Positions 17,021-28,084 of a DNA stretch of 58,161 nucleotides are shown piece by piece. Where the stretch lies: positions 1 through 58,161 of IMG/VR virus record IMGVR_UViG_3300019469_000054, one strand, 5' to 3'. Numbering within the stretch: position 1 is the first letter of the stretch; each line of letters opens with the position of its first letter. The notes beneath the pieces were generated by a model that had not been told where the DNA came from, ran no database searches, and was given only the letters and a program-made list of their open reading frames with translations. This DNA is from a virus. The position numbers were made by a program, and so were the translations under genes.

Positions 17021-20000
17021 GTGGCCGACCAGTCGAAGCTCTCGTACGAGGTTGAACTCGACGCTTCCGGTTTCATCCAGGGCTCCTCTAAAATCCAGTC
17101 CTCCGCCGCACAGGCCGTCAATGCGGTCGGTGCGATGGGCGCCGCCATGAAGTCGCTCACACAGGCGAGCCGTGGCGGCTCCTGGATGGACAAGAACATC
17201 ATGTCTTCGTCTGACGCGAAGGCGATGTCCACCAACATCCAGGTCTACCAGCAGGCCGCCAAGCTCACCAAGGACCTGACCGCCGCTTCGCAGGCCCTCG
17301 GACGGACCGATGTCTCCTCGACCATCAAGGCCACCACGAGCGCCATCGAGGGCATGTCGCAGGCCCTCAACAACGCCACCATCGCCGACAGCAAGCAGGT
17401 CTCCGCGCTCAAAGAGCAGGTCGCCCTTTACGAGCGTATGGCCCGTGTCGCCAGGCAGCTCGGCACCGATATGCAGGGCATGTCGAGGACCTCCGGGATC
17501 GACAACAACTTGGGCGGCCGCTCCAAGACGGAGATCGAAGCCCAGCGCCAGCTCAACGAGGTCCGCAAGCAGGCCAGGGAGGCCGCTCTTGAGCAGGCCG
17601 TCACTGAGCAGAAGGCCACTGCGGCCACGACTGCCGGGGCCTCCGAGCGTGTCGCTGCCCTCCAGCGGGTCATCGATGCGGAGCAGAAGCTCGCCGACGT
17701 CACTGACAAGGCCTACGCCGCGCAGTACCGCAAGGCCGCCAACCAGTCCGCGATCCAGACCAACCAGGCCGCTGTGGACACTGGCCGCGCGGCTGCGAAG
17801 CTGGAGGCTGCTGCTGAGCAGGACCGGGCCGCCGCCCTCCGGGCCTCTGTCGCAGCCGCTCATGAGGCCGTGCAGGCGAACACCGCGCACATCCACTCGT
17901 TGGAGAATATGAGGTTCGCCTCGCAGGAGGTCCGTAACAACCTGACGGTGCTGGCCGCCGGTGTGACGGCGCTCGCCACCTCGGTTGTCAAGGCCGCAGC
18001 CGACCAGGACCGTGCCTTCGCGGACATCGCCCGTACGACCCAGCTGGATCAGACCAGCGGGGCGCTTCAGGCCCTCCGTGACCAGTACAGGCAGATGTCC
18101 ACCGACATCAGCAAGTCGTTCTCCGAGCTCTCGCAGATTGGCACGCTCGGTGCTCAGATGAACATTCCTGCGGAGAAGCTTGGGGACTTCACCCGCGCTG
18201 TCGCAGAGTTCTCCATGGTGACCGGCACCACGACCGAGAAGGCCTCCGAAGATTTCGGTCGATTGATCAACACGTTCAGCCAGGCCGGGATGGCGTTGAA
18301 CGGCGGCGACAAGGCCTACGAGCAGATGGCCTCCCAGGTTGCCGAGCTCGGTGCGAAAGCGGTCGCTACTGAGGACGAGATCCTCACGATGGCGAACAGC
18401 ATCTCGACCACCACCGTGTCGGCAGGCATCGGGCAGGACGCCACCCTTGCCTACGCCACGGCGCTGACCTCTGTTGGTGTGAAGGCCGAGTGGGCCCGCG
18501 GTTCGCTCCAGCGCATCTTCGGGAACTTCAACAAGGCCGCGGCCCAGGGCGCTGAGGGCATGGCCGACTTCGCCCAGCAGATGCACATCTCCAACGAGGA
18601 GGCCCTGGAGCTCTGGAAGAACGACCCCTCGAAGTTCTTCAACCAGCTCATCGAGTCCATTTCCAAGGCTGGGAACGGTGTGGAGATGACTCAGATGCTC
18701 TCCGACATCGGTCTGAAGTCCACCCGCGACATCGAGCTCGTGAAGCGCCTCGCGGTGAACTTCGACCTGCTCAAGGAGACCATGGATAACTCCGCGGAGG
18801 CCGGATCGAACACCGGCTTCCTGGAGCAGTCCATGGAGAAGCTGAACGCCACCATGGCCGAGACCATCTCGCAGACCAAGAACGCGCTGGAGAACATGAT
18901 GGCCTCCTTCGGCGAGCCGTTCCTAGCTCCGCTGAAGCTGATCCTAGACGGTGTCCAGGCCCTTGCCAACGCCTTGTCGAGCCTGGGGGAGACTCCGGTC
19001 GGGCGGGTCATCGCGGCCTTCGCCGGGGGAGTGACGATCTTCGTCGCCCTCCAGACCGGGGCCAAGCTCCTCCAGGCCGGGGTCCTGTCGGTCGCCTCCT
19101 CGATGATGCAGGTCCGCAAGAACATGGTCGAGGCGGGTCTCTCCGGGCAGCTGTCCTGGAGCAACATCGCTAAGGCCATCCAGCAGGCCAACACGGCCCT
19201 CGCCGAGCAGCCCGCTCTGTACGCCCGAGTGAAGGCCGCTCAGGCCGAGGTCGCCCAGCAGCGACTCACTGGGAGCACCGCGGGCACATCGGCCATGTCG
19301 GCAGGAGCCACCGCTTCCGAGGCCGCAGCCCACAACGCGGCTACGACAGCCATCAAGGCCGAGACGGCTGCTCAGGAGAGCCTGGGCGCCGCACGCAGCG
19401 TAGCCACCTCTGCGGCCTCCGCGTCCACCGCGGCTACCCGAGCCCTGGGGACCGGTATTTCGGCCGTCTCCGGGGCTATGGCGGCCGCTGGGACCGCAGT
19501 GAAAGGTTTCTTCGCTTCGCTCGGTCCGGCCGGTTGGGCTTCCCTCGCCCTGTCGGCACTGCCCGCGATTGCTGAGGGCTACAACCAGATCGCCAATGCT
19601 GAGGAGATCGCCGCTGAGAAGGCCCAGAAGGCCGGAGCGGAGATGCTGTCGGCCATGGGCGGTGCCGCGGAGGTCCAGAAGGCCGTCCTCGCTGACACAC
19701 AGGACATCGCCAACGGCTCGCAGCGCAGCCTCGGCGAGCTGATGATCTCCGCTGATGGGGCTGGGGACGCGTACAAGAGTGCATCAGAGAAGTCCTACTA
19801 CTTCGTGAACGCCCAGGGCGAGATCGTCCGGGCCACGCGCGAGGTCGCCCAGCAGATGGGCTACACCACGCTCCAGATCGGTAAGAACACCGCTGAGCTC
19901 ATTCGCAACGCGATCGCCGGGTCTGAGGGCTTCAAGAAGCTCACCGGTGACCAACTCAACGGCCTGAAGGAGCTCGGCTTCGACTGGGGTGAGTACGCCA

Positions 20001-23000
20001 GGAAGGCTGCGACAGAGGGTCAGGGCGCTGCCTCTGCGTATGTGCAGGGTTTCATCGACCAGCTGAACCAGAAGAAAGCTGACCTCGATGCTGCTCAGTC
20101 GCAGACCTTCAAGGACCCCAACATGCAGGCGGGTGGTAAGGCCCACACCAAGGCCACTGATGACCAGACGAACGCAATCAATAACCAAATCAACGCTCTG
20201 AAGGGTCTTCAGGATGCCAACGACGGTGTCGGTGCCGCCGTCTCGCAGGCCATGGGTTCTCAGGACGCCCAGAAGCAGATTCTCCAGGGTCTCGGCCTGT
20301 CGGCGGATGAGGCCAACGGCGCGCTCCAGGGAATGGGCGATGCCGCGGACGGCAATGCCAGTGCCGCCGACAAGGCCGCTGAGGCCTGGGACAAGTGGAA
20401 GTCCGCAGTGGACTCGGCGATCGACAGGGCCTTCGGGTTCGAGAACGCCGAGGCCGCCATGTTCGACGCCCTGGACAAGTTCAACCAGGGCCTCCAGGAC
20501 AACGGCAATGTGATCAACACCACGACTGAGGGCGGTAGGCAGAACCTTCAGAACCTTCAGACCTACCTGAAGGCCGTGGCGGAGAACGCCATGCAGGTCG
20601 CTCAGAACCTGGGTCTGACCGGTGCCGAGGCCCAGAAGTACGTGCAGGACTATGTGCAGGCCGCCATCGACCAGATCGGCCAGCAGGGCATTGACACTTC
20701 GCAGGTTCAGCAGGCCATGAACAACGTCGGGGCCATGCTTGGTCAGACGCTGCCCGGCCCGCAGGTGGACAACACTCCGACCCAGCAAGGGGTTGACCAA
20801 GCCCAGCAGGTGGCCCAGCAGGGAGTTGATGGGGTTGCTGCCACCACCGACCAGACGGTCCCCGGAATCTCGATCGACCCCACCGCCACACTGTCGAGTG
20901 TTCAGGAGCAGCTGGGTATCAGCGAGCAGGGGATGTCAGATATCTACAACGTCTTCAACCAGACGATCCCTGGCGCGAACATCGACGGCTCGACGACGTT
21001 CTCCGACCTCCAGAAGATGTTGAGCGTCTCTGACCAGGACATGGGCGTTCTCTGGCAGATCATCTCCAAGAACATCAATGGCCCCGGGGTCAACTACAAT
21101 GGACTCAAGGTCGATCTGAAGAACATGAAGGTCGAGACCGACTCCGTTGTCGGGCAGATCATTCAGCGCCTGTCGCTCGCCAAGGCGATGCTCGCGGGCG
21201 CCAAGACCGGTGCTGCGGTGGGCAAGATCGGCGGTCAGCTCACCAAGAAGGGTAAGGGTGCGGGCAACGCGAAGGCCGCGTTCCAGTCCGCCATGGGCCG
21301 CTACCAGCCGACGCCCCGCAAGTCCCGTGGCGGCGGTGGTGGCGGAGGCGGTGGCGGTGGTCACACACCCCGTTCGCACACTCCTCGCAGGTCCTCCACG
21401 CCTCGGTCTCACACGCCTCGGTCTCACACACCCAGGTCTCATACGCCTACTGGCGGCTCTTCCAAGTCGAAGCAGAAGGAGAAGTCGCCTGCCGAGCTCT
21501 TCAAGGACTTCCTGTCGCGCCTCTCCACCGCGATGAAGGAGAGTATGGAGAAGTGGTGGAAGTCCCGTTCTGCGAAGGACAACTACCACTCGCAGCTCAA
21601 CACGATGCGGAAGAAGATCGAGGACGCTCGCAAGACCATCGCGGACGCCAAGAAGTCGATCGAGGACCTCAACACCACCCTGTCGGAGCAGCAGCAGGAA
21701 CTCCGCGACGCCAAGTACTTCAACGAGATCGCGAAGAAGTACGGCGACAAGGAGCGTATTCAGTCCACTCAGACTGACATTGACAAGGCGAACAAGAACA
21801 TCAACGACACTCGCTCCCAGATCGCTGACAAGGAGAAGGAGATCGCTGAGGCCCAGAAGGGCATGTTCGCCCTCAAGGGCTACACGCAGGCCGCCATCGA
21901 GAACAGGGCTGCACTCAAGCAGTTGCAGTCCACCATGATGGAGATGATCGAGGCCTACGCCGCCACAGGTGCCTCGAACGAGCAGGTCGCGGCTTACGCG
22001 CGCCAACTCAAGGAGGAGTTCATCAACCAGGCGGTTCAGATGGGCTTCAACCGCGGTGAGGTCACCGAGCTGGCCGGTGGGTTCGACAGCCTGGCATCCA
22101 CGATTCAGAGCGTCCCCCGCTCTGTCGAGGAGAGCGTCACCGACAACGGCACTGCTGCGGCGACTCAGCAGGCCATCGAGGATGTCGCCAACGGCGACTA
22201 CGGCCCGGCGGAGATTCCGACCGAGCTCGATGAGCCTTCCGCCGCGGAGACCGGTGGGGCTCTCGATGACATGGCCGAACCCCGTGAGGCGGAGTACAAG
22301 CCCGATGTCGTTCGCGACGCCAAGAGTTTCGTCTTGGAAGAACTTGACGCCTTGGCCAATGGCGACAAAGCGAATGCTGAGGGTCGCCCTGTCCAGTACA
22401 TCCCGGAGATGGACGAGACTGGTAAGGCCCGGTTTAACGCGGAGGCGAAGGAAATCGCCTTCGACATGTACAAGCGGTACATTCCGACCGCTGCAAACGA
22501 GGAGTTCGACGAGACCAAGAACTACCTCGAAGAGCTCGCCAAGCCAGAGAACAAGCAGTACCTCCCCGAGATCAACTCGGAGATGTTCGGCCTCACTCAG
22601 GAGGACCTCGACGCCCTGTCTCAGGAACGCACGGCGAACTACAACTCCGATGTCGATGACGAGACGTACAACACCGCGCTGGAGCAGCTGAATGCCGCTG
22701 GGGCGGATCAGGATGTCGAGTACAAACCTGAGGTCAACGAGGGGGATAACCAGGGGACCAAAGAGGAGCTCGACGAGACCGGTGAGCCTCGGGAGGCCGA
22801 GTACAAGCCGGACGTCAACGAGGGCGATAAGAACAACACCAACAAGGAGCTCGACGAGACTGCCGAGGATCGTGATGCGGAGTACGAGCCTAAGACGAAC
22901 GAGAGCAAGAAACGCTCCGTCACTGAGGCCCTGAATAAGGCCGCCGAGGACAGGGAGGCCTATTTCAAAGCGAAGAAGGATGAGGGTTCCTACTGGGGAG

Positions 23001-23551
23001 TCATGAATGCCTTCACCCAACTGGCTACCACGCGCACGGTCCAGTTCGTCGCGCAGCAGGTCGGCTCGGCCTGGAACACGGTCAAGTCCTGGTTCCACAA
23101 CGGTGGTCAGATTCCGGCTTATGCCAACGGTGGTCCGATCCGGTCCCGTGTCGGAATCGCTCTGGGTGCACCGATCACCGGGTTCGCCGGGGGCGGCCCC
23201 GCAGGCGGGATGATCCCGGGCAACCCAGGTGGGAACTACCACACGGACAATCTGCTCGCGATGAACCCGACAGGGTCCTTGTTCGCGATCCGCAGCGGGG
23301 AGTACGTCATCAACCGGAGCGCCGTGGAGACCTACGGCTCCGGGATGTTCGACGCGATCAATGCTAGGCGCTACGCCCCGTCCGTGTCGTACTCCGGCGG
23401 CGGGATTCCGCGCGGCGGAGTGGACCTCTCCTCTCGGACCATCGCGGCGCTCGCCCGGTCCATGTCGAGCATGATCACACTCGACGGGCGCGTGATCTCC
23501 ACATCCGTTAACCGATACAATGCGGTTAACGGACAGAGGGGGTCGTACTGA
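17021..23551 (+). CDS. Tape measure protein (2176 aa).
   Basis: GTG start preceded by AAGGGGA. Very long Ala/Gln-rich coiled-coil protein located after the chaperone. Confidence 0.95.
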   Translation: MADQSKLSYEVELDASGFIQGSSKIQSSAAQAVNAVGAMGAAMKSLTQASRGGSWMDKNIMSSSDAKAMSTNIQVYQQAAKLTKDLTAASQALGRTDVSSTIKATTSAIEGMSQALNNATIADSKQVSALKEQVALYERMARVARQLGTDMQGMSRTSGIDNNLGGRSKTEIEAQRQLNEVRKQAREAALEQAVTEQKATAATTAGASERVAALQRVIDAEQKLADVTDKAYAAQYRKAANQSAIQTNQAAVDTGRAAAKLEAAAEQDRAAALRASVAAAHEAVQANTAHIHSLENMRFASQEVRNNLTVLAAGVTALATSVVKAAADQDRAFADIARTTQLDQTSGALQALRDQYRQMSTDISKSFSELSQIGTLGAQMNIPAEKLGDFTRAVAEFSMVTGTTTEKASEDFGRLINTFSQAGMALNGGDKAYEQMASQVAELGAKAVATEDEILTMANSISTTTVSAGIGQDATLAYATALTSVGVKAEWARGSLQRIFGNFNKAAAQGAEGMADFAQQMHISNEEALELWKNDPSKFFNQLIESISKAGNGVEMTQMLSDIGLKSTRDIELVKRLAVNFDLLKETMDNSAEAGSNTGFLEQSMEKLNATMAETISQTKNALENMMASFGEPFLAPLKLILDGVQALANALSSLGETPVGRVIAAFAGGVTIFVALQTGAKLLQAGVLSVASSMMQVRKNMVEAGLSGQLSWSNIAKAIQQANTALAEQPALYARVKAAQAEVAQQRLTGSTAGTSAMSAGATASEAAAHNAATTAIKAETAAQESLGAARSVATSAASASTAATRALGTGISAVSGAMAAAGTAVKGFFASLGPAGWASLALSALPAIAEGYNQIANAEEIAAEKAQKAGAEMLSAMGGAAEVQKAVLADTQDIANGSQRSLGELMISADGAGDAYKSASEKSYYFVNAQGEIVRATREVAQQMGYTTLQIGKNTAELIRNAIAGSEGFKKLTGDQLNGLKELGFDWGEYARKAATEGQGAASAYVQGFIDQLNQKKADLDAAQSQTFKDPNMQAGGKAHTKATDDQTNAINNQINALKGLQDANDGVGAAVSQAMGSQDAQKQILQGLGLSADEANGALQGMGDAADGNASAADKAAEAWDKWKSAVDSAIDRAFGFENAEAAMFDALDKFNQGLQDNGNVINTTTEGGRQNLQNLQTYLKAVAENAMQVAQNLGLTGAEAQKYVQDYVQAAIDQIGQQGIDTSQVQQAMNNVGAMLGQTLPGPQVDNTPTQQGVDQAQQVAQQGVDGVAATTDQTVPGISIDPTATLSSVQEQLGISEQGMSDIYNVFNQTIPGANIDGSTTFSDLQKMLSVSDQDMGVLWQIISKNINGPGVNYNGLKVDLKNMKVETDSVVGQIIQRLSLAKAMLAGAKTGAAVGKIGGQLTKKGKGAGNAKAAFQSAMGRYQPTPRKSRGGGGGGGGGGGHTPRSHTPRRSSTPRSHTPRSHTPRSHTPTGGSSKSKQKEKSPAELFKDFLSRLSTAMKESMEKWWKSRSAKDNYHSQLNTMRKKIEDARKTIADAKKSIEDLNTTLSEQQQELRDAKYFNEIAKKYGDKERIQSTQTDIDKANKNINDTRSQIADKEKEIAEAQKGMFALKGYTQAAIENRAALKQLQSTMMEMIEAYAATGASNEQVAAYARQLKEEFINQAVQMGFNRGEVTELAGGFDSLASTIQSVPRSVEESVTDNGTAAATQQAIEDVANGDYGPAEIPTELDEPSAAETGGALDDMAEPREAEYKPDVVRDAKSFVLEELDALANGDKANAEGRPVQYIPEMDETGKARFNAEAKEIAFDMYKRYIPTAANEEFDETKNYLEELAKPENKQYLPEINSEMFGLTQEDLDALSQERTANYNSDVDDETYNTALEQLNAAGADQDVEYKPEVNEGDNQGTKEELDETGEPREAEYKPDVNEGDKNNTNKELDETAEDRDAEYEPKTNESKKRSVTEALNKAAEDREAYFKAKKDEGSYWGVMNAFTQLATTRTVQFVAQQVGSAWNTVKSWFHNGGQIPAYANGGPIRSRVGIALGAPITGFAGGGPAGGMIPGNPGGNYHTDNLLAMNPTGSLFAIRSGEYVINRSAVETYGSGMFDAINARRYAPSVSYSGGGIPRGGVDLSSRTIAALARSMSSMITLDGRVISTSVNRYNAVNGQRGSY
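21362..21452 (+). repeat. 15-bp tandem repeats encoding HTPRS units after a Gly11 run, inside the tape measure gene.
   Basis: Translation SRGGGGGGGGGGGHTPRSHTPRRSSTPRSHTPRSHTPRSHTPTGG. Confidence 0.85.
22706..22905 (+). repeat. About three tandem ~66-bp (22-aa) repeats inside the tape measure gene.
   Basis: Units of the form (D/E)xEYKP(D/E)VNEGDxxxTxxELDETxE. A further partial copy (EPREAEYKPDVV) lies near 22270. Confidence 0.8.
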
Positions 23552-24846
23552 TGGCAGTCCTGGATAACCGATGCGTGCTCGGGGTCGGGGACAAGAATCT
23601 TGTTCTTCCGGCTCCGGCCAAGGATGCCGCTATTCAAGCGACACCTTGGGGGCAGGTCACCCAGCTCGTTAACGGGGCGAATGGGATGACCCCGTCTCGA
23701 TACGCTGCGAAGGCGTACAAGCTCTCCTGGAACGTGATGGCTCCGGCGGACTACGTGGCACTCATGGACCTGATCTCGACAGCGGGCTCGAACCCTATTC
23801 GGTACGTGGATTGCCTGAACAGGCCGGACCTCAACGTCTTGTCGCCTTTCCTTGGGAAGCCGTTCCTCCTGGTGGACACCCTGTCGCCTATCGCCTTCGC
23901 GAAGGACGGCACGGTGCTCGCCCAGATGGACACTCGCTCTGGCACGGGTCCTGAGTACGCGCTGCGGATGACAGGTAAGGCTACGACAGCTCCGGCCTCC
24001 TACACGGAAACCATATTGATTCCGCCGGGCTACACCTTCTACGTGCAGACCGTCGGGGACGACACGCAGAAGTTCGTGTTCAAGGACGGCTCTCCATTGC
24101 CCCCATATGAGACGAAGATCGTGCCGAACGATACGGACACGGTTCAGCGTGCGACTATCACGATCAAGCCCGCAGAGGCTAACGGATCGGGCCTTCTGCA
24201 TTGGGTCCGGGGAGTGCTCGATGCTGGATCCGGTTATTCGGACCTCGACCCTCATGCTCCATGGTCACTGTTCACCAACCCAGAAATGATCCCCGGGGGT
24301 GTGCTGATTGGTGAGGGCACGAGCGAGCGCGCCCCTGTTGGCAATGCCAGACTGCTGAATGTTCGGGACCATTACATTCCAGAGGAGTACTACTCGGCTC
24401 TGAAGGGTGGGGACAGGATCGACATCGAGGTGAAGGCCAAGGTCCTCAAGGGATCAAAGACTTTCAAGGGCGGTGTGAGGTATCTCAGAGCGAATGGCAC
24501 CTCGGGGCTCACCGATGTCGGTCTCCAGAAGCGCGAGGAGCTCGGCGATGGCTGGGCTCAGTGGTCCGGCGGGTGGACCGTACCCGCAGACGCTGTGAAA
24601 GCCGGACCTTGGCTGCACATCGACCAGGACGCCTGGACCCCCGACACTCAGATTCTCGTGTGCGACCTGCATGTGAAGAACTCCACGATGATGAATCGTC
24701 TCAGTGCAGGTCCGGACATCACGTCCTACGCTCCGCCGATGGGGTTCACGTCGATGATGGTCGATCCCGGTTCGATTCAGATCGAGTCCAACAAGCGATT
24801 CCACAAGGTTGAGTTCTCGGTGAAGGAGGTCTGGCCGTGGCTGTGA
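23551..24846 (+). CDS. Minor tail protein (distal-tail-protein position).
   Basis: 431 aa. TGATG-coupled to the tape measure gene. Confidence 0.75.
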   Translation: MAVLDNRCVLGVGDKNLVLPAPAKDAAIQATPWGQVTQLVNGANGMTPSRYAAKAYKLSWNVMAPADYVALMDLISTAGSNPIRYVDCLNRPDLNVLSPFLGKPFLLVDTLSPIAFAKDGTVLAQMDTRSGTGPEYALRMTGKATTAPASYTETILIPPGYTFYVQTVGDDTQKFVFKDGSPLPPYETKIVPNDTDTVQRATITIKPAEANGSGLLHWVRGVLDAGSGYSDLDPHAPWSLFTNPEMIPGGVLIGEGTSERAPVGNARLLNVRDHYIPEEYYSALKGGDRIDIEVKAKVLKGSKTFKGGVRYLRANGTSGLTDVGLQKREELGDGWAQWSGGWTVPADAVKAGPWLHIDQDAWTPDTQILVCDLHVKNSTMMNRLSAGPDITSYAPPMGFTSMMVDPGSIQIESNKRFHKVEFSVKEVWPWL

Positions 24847-26318
24847 GGTTCACTGGGGTAGACAACTCCACAGTCTCCTCCTGGTCAGTTGCTGAGGATG
24901 CTACGTCGCTCGACAGGGGCGCCTCGGACACCGGGGTTCCCCAGTTGCAGGTGCAGGGCATCGGGTACCAGCCGAACCTTATGACGATGCTCGGTCAGAG
25001 CATGACTGTGATCTCGAACGAGTACGGCTCGACCGAGTTCCGCATCACCGACATCGAGGGCTCCGAGTCGGGGTGGACTCTCACTGGAGGCTCCCCCCTA
25101 TCGGCGCTCGTCCAGGCGGGCACCATCCCCAGCATGACTCAGCAGCCGATTGAGGCCGTTATCGAGATGTTCTTCAACGCTGTTGGGATCAAGCGCTCGC
25201 AGTACATCCTGGAGATCGACAAGTCGCTGTTGAAGGAGAAGTACGACGTTCCTACTCAGCGGGTTGTCGTCTGGCAGGCTATGAAGCAGTGGCTCAGTGC
25301 CAACGAGATTGACATGTCGTGGGAGGTCGGCAGACTCCGGTTCCAGCCACTTCGCAATCGGATCATGTACGTGAACGACGTTGTCTCCGGCTACAACCAC
25401 ACGATGAGTTCTTCGCAGAAGGTGAAGAACATCGATGTGAACGTCTACCACCGCCGCGCCTTTAGGCACGACGTGATCTGGCCTCCGGCGCCCTTGCTCT
25501 ACCCGGACGCCAAGACGACGTTCGGGCAGACCGACACACCCGTGATCACGGTGAATGCTGGGGAGCAGACGGTAACCACGCTCCAGCTCCCCTGCGAGGT
25601 GTCCTCAGTGCGGCAGCCCCGTCAGGTGATGGCGATTCCGGTTGTGAATAAGGCCCCGCTAGTGGACAACCAGAACACGCCGAATGGTATCTATATGGTT
25701 GTCGGCAAGGACAACAAGGCGATCACTCCTGCTCAGTGGTACGACATGGGCGGGGGCCTTGAGGTGCGCCTCAACAAGGACAAGCGCTCTGTCGATGTCA
25801 TCGTCACCGGCATGCTGTTCGACGAGCTCAGTCCCTACCGCATCTGCGAGTCCGACGGGAAGACCGACTACAACGGCCTCTTCCTGCTCGGGGAGAACGG
25901 CACTTACGTCGATATCGAGACGATTCCCTTCCACACCGGAACACCCGGGACGGACGAGGAGCAGACGATCGACAATCAGTGCATCACCACGCGCACTCAG
26001 GCCTACCACGCTGCTCAGTGGGCCGCGGACCAGTACAGCGGGCACGCCTTGAACTCCACATGGCAGGGCGCCAATCCGCTTCGAGATACTGAGGCCAACG
26101 GCGAGCGCCAGGTCTTCGGCCGCCTTGCGGGGGTCCGATACAAGCAGGACGGACACTGGTGGCGTGTATCGAACGCCTCCCTGTCGGATAATAATGCTCA
26201 GTTGACCTCCGCCAGAGATACAACCTTAGGTGACGTCCAGCGCGTGTACCCGAAGGTTCGGATGCTTTCCGGTGGTGGTCAGACGCTTCAGCAGATCAGC
26301 GACAAGGGGATTCTATGA
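24837..26318 (+). CDS. Minor tail protein (tail tip/hub position).
   Basis: 493 aa. The GTG start overlaps the upstream gene end. Position in the tail module. Confidence 0.7.
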   Translation: MAVRFTGVDNSTVSSWSVAEDATSLDRGASDTGVPQLQVQGIGYQPNLMTMLGQSMTVISNEYGSTEFRITDIEGSESGWTLTGGSPLSALVQAGTIPSMTQQPIEAVIEMFFNAVGIKRSQYILEIDKSLLKEKYDVPTQRVVVWQAMKQWLSANEIDMSWEVGRLRFQPLRNRIMYVNDVVSGYNHTMSSSQKVKNIDVNVYHRRAFRHDVIWPPAPLLYPDAKTTFGQTDTPVITVNAGEQTVTTLQLPCEVSSVRQPRQVMAIPVVNKAPLVDNQNTPNGIYMVVGKDNKAITPAQWYDMGGGLEVRLNKDKRSVDVIVTGMLFDELSPYRICESDGKTDYNGLFLLGENGTYVDIETIPFHTGTPGTDEEQTIDNQCITTRTQAYHAAQWAADQYSGHALNSTWQGANPLRDTEANGERQVFGRLAGVRYKQDGHWWRVSNASLSDNNAQLTSARDTTLGDVQRVYPKVRMLSGGGQTLQQISDKGIL

Positions 26319-28084
26319 GCCGGGACTACGAGGGTCACCTGTACCCCGCACCGAACGTCTCGAAGCAGACGCAGTCCTGGACCTGCGCCATCGAGCGGAA
26401 GATCAACAAGCTGGAGCAGCGAACCAGCGACGCTATCGTCTCCGCGAACCATGCTGCGAACCGCTGGGCGCCTATGGCCGGTGAGATCGCGCAGATGCGT
26501 GACAAGCTCGCGGACAACGAGTCCATCGAGCGCGTGTCGCGCCTCGCCCAGGACGCGGTGACCTGGTCCACTCGCCCGCCGGTGAACCGCACCCCAGGTG
26601 TGCAGAAGGAGAAGCCGGACTACCCGCTTCACCCTAATGCGGTCTGGTACGTCTACGTCGGAGACAAGAACAACGTCACCGAGATCTGGCGCTGGGAGCA
26701 GGCCTCCATGAAGCGCGTCGGCGACAAGGCCGAGAACTTCAAGCTCGACATGGCCGGGAAGTGGGTCAGGCAGACCTACGGTACGGGCACGTTGGGTGAG
26801 GGTGCCGTTGATCTGAAGAACCTCTCCAAGTCCCTGTCGGACAACCTGGAGGAGGCTCACAACGGCGTTGTTCAGCTTCAGAAGCGCGCAGATGAGGCGG
26901 ACAAGAAGTACGACAAGACCAAGGCCGATCTTGAGAAGCAGATTAAGGACATCAAGGAGAAGGCCGGTAGTGATGGTCGTGTGATCGTCTCGCCGACCGA
27001 GCCCGCTGGGGCCGACCGTGTCGAGGGCAACCTGTGGATCAACACTGCGGACGGGAAGAACGAACCTTACCGCTATGACAAGACCACTGACAAGTGGGTG
27101 CCGATCAAGGATCCGGACATCGTCGAGGCTGCTAAGAAGGCAGCCCAGGCGCAGACCGAGGCGAACCAGGCGCTGAAGAAGGCGCAGGGCTTGGAGGATA
27201 TGGCGACGGCCGCCAAGCTCGCTGCGGAGCAGGCGCAGAAGAGTGCGGACGGTAAGAACACCATCTTCTACCGGCCGGACAAGCCGCCGCTCGCTGGACG
27301 TAAGCAAGGTGACCTGTGGTTCGACACGGACGATGGCTACCGGATGTACTCCTACGACCAGTCCCGCCAAGACTTCGTGGACGTCACACCCAAGACCTCC
27401 ATGTCGGATGAGGACCGTGCTGCACTGGAACGTCTCCGCTCGGGCACCTCGGACATCCTCGACGCCACGTTCCCTGTCGCCTGGACCACTGCTACAACAC
27501 CGTCGAACTGGCGAATCGAGACTGATTACCCGGGGCGCTACCACTGGGTCGGCGGCGACACGTCGGGCGGGGCCAGGCGTCTGCTGATCCTTCCGCCGAA
27601 GGTGAAGCGTGCCACGAAGAATGACACGTACACGTTCGCATTCTCGCTGAGGAATGAGTCCACCCAGACCGCGCAGTTCCAGGTGGGCTTCGACTTCTAC
27701 TCCGACAACGCGTGGAAGCGCAACGTCAACCCGAGTCCGAACATCTTCGTGGTTCCCCCGGACGGGCAGTCGCACATCTTCAAGACGACCATCATCGCGG
27801 CCTACGACCCCAACAATCGTGAGAACGTGGTGGTTCCCTGGATCGACGGCCTGTCGTCACTGGCGAACAACGTCTGGCTCATGGGCGTTGAAATGACGAA
27901 CAACGACAACCTCCAGGCCAGGCTCGCCCAGGCCAGCCAGGGCGTCGCTGATACGTTCCGCCGTATCGAAGGCCAGGTGCTCACTTCCCCCTACCCGCCG
28001 TCGAAGGGCGTCGTTAATACTTCTGTATGGATGTCTCCCGACGGTAAACTGTTCCGCATGAGGAAGGCGGGGAAGGAAGACTAA
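26315..28084 (+). CDS. Minor tail protein with a central coiled-coil.
   Basis: 589 aa. ATGA overlap with the upstream gene. The Lys/Ala/Glu-rich coiled segment (residues ~170-310) is typical of fibre-like proteins. Confidence 0.7.
   Translation: MSRDYEGHLYPAPNVSKQTQSWTCAIERKINKLEQRTSDAIVSANHAANRWAPMAGEIAQMRDKLADNESIERVSRLAQDAVTWSTRPPVNRTPGVQKEKPDYPLHPNAVWYVYVGDKNNVTEIWRWEQASMKRVGDKAENFKLDMAGKWVRQTYGTGTLGEGAVDLKNLSKSLSDNLEEAHNGVVQLQKRADEADKKYDKTKADLEKQIKDIKEKAGSDGRVIVSPTEPAGADRVEGNLWINTADGKNEPYRYDKTTDKWVPIKDPDIVEAAKKAAQAQTEANQALKKAQGLEDMATAAKLAAEQAQKSADGKNTIFYRPDKPPLAGRKQGDLWFDTDDGYRMYSYDQSRQDFVDVTPKTSMSDEDRAALERLRSGTSDILDATFPVAWTTATTPSNWRIETDYPGRYHWVGGDTSGGARRLLILPPKVKRATKNDTYTFAFSLRNESTQTAQFQVGFDFYSDNAWKRNVNPSPNIFVVPPDGQSHIFKTTIIAAYDPNNRENVVVPWIDGLSSLANNVWLMGVEMTNNDNLQARLAQASQGVADTFRRIEGQVLTSPYPPSKGVVNTSVWMSPDGKLFRMRKAGKED

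Noticed and set aside
21329-21452. Short direct repeats (the HTPRS region, and the AT-rich TATATAC units at 2914-3076 and 49431-49646) as CRISPR arrays.
   Set aside because: The repeats are in-frame coding repeats or irregular AT-rich units. They lack constant repeat length and unique spacers, and no cas genes are present.
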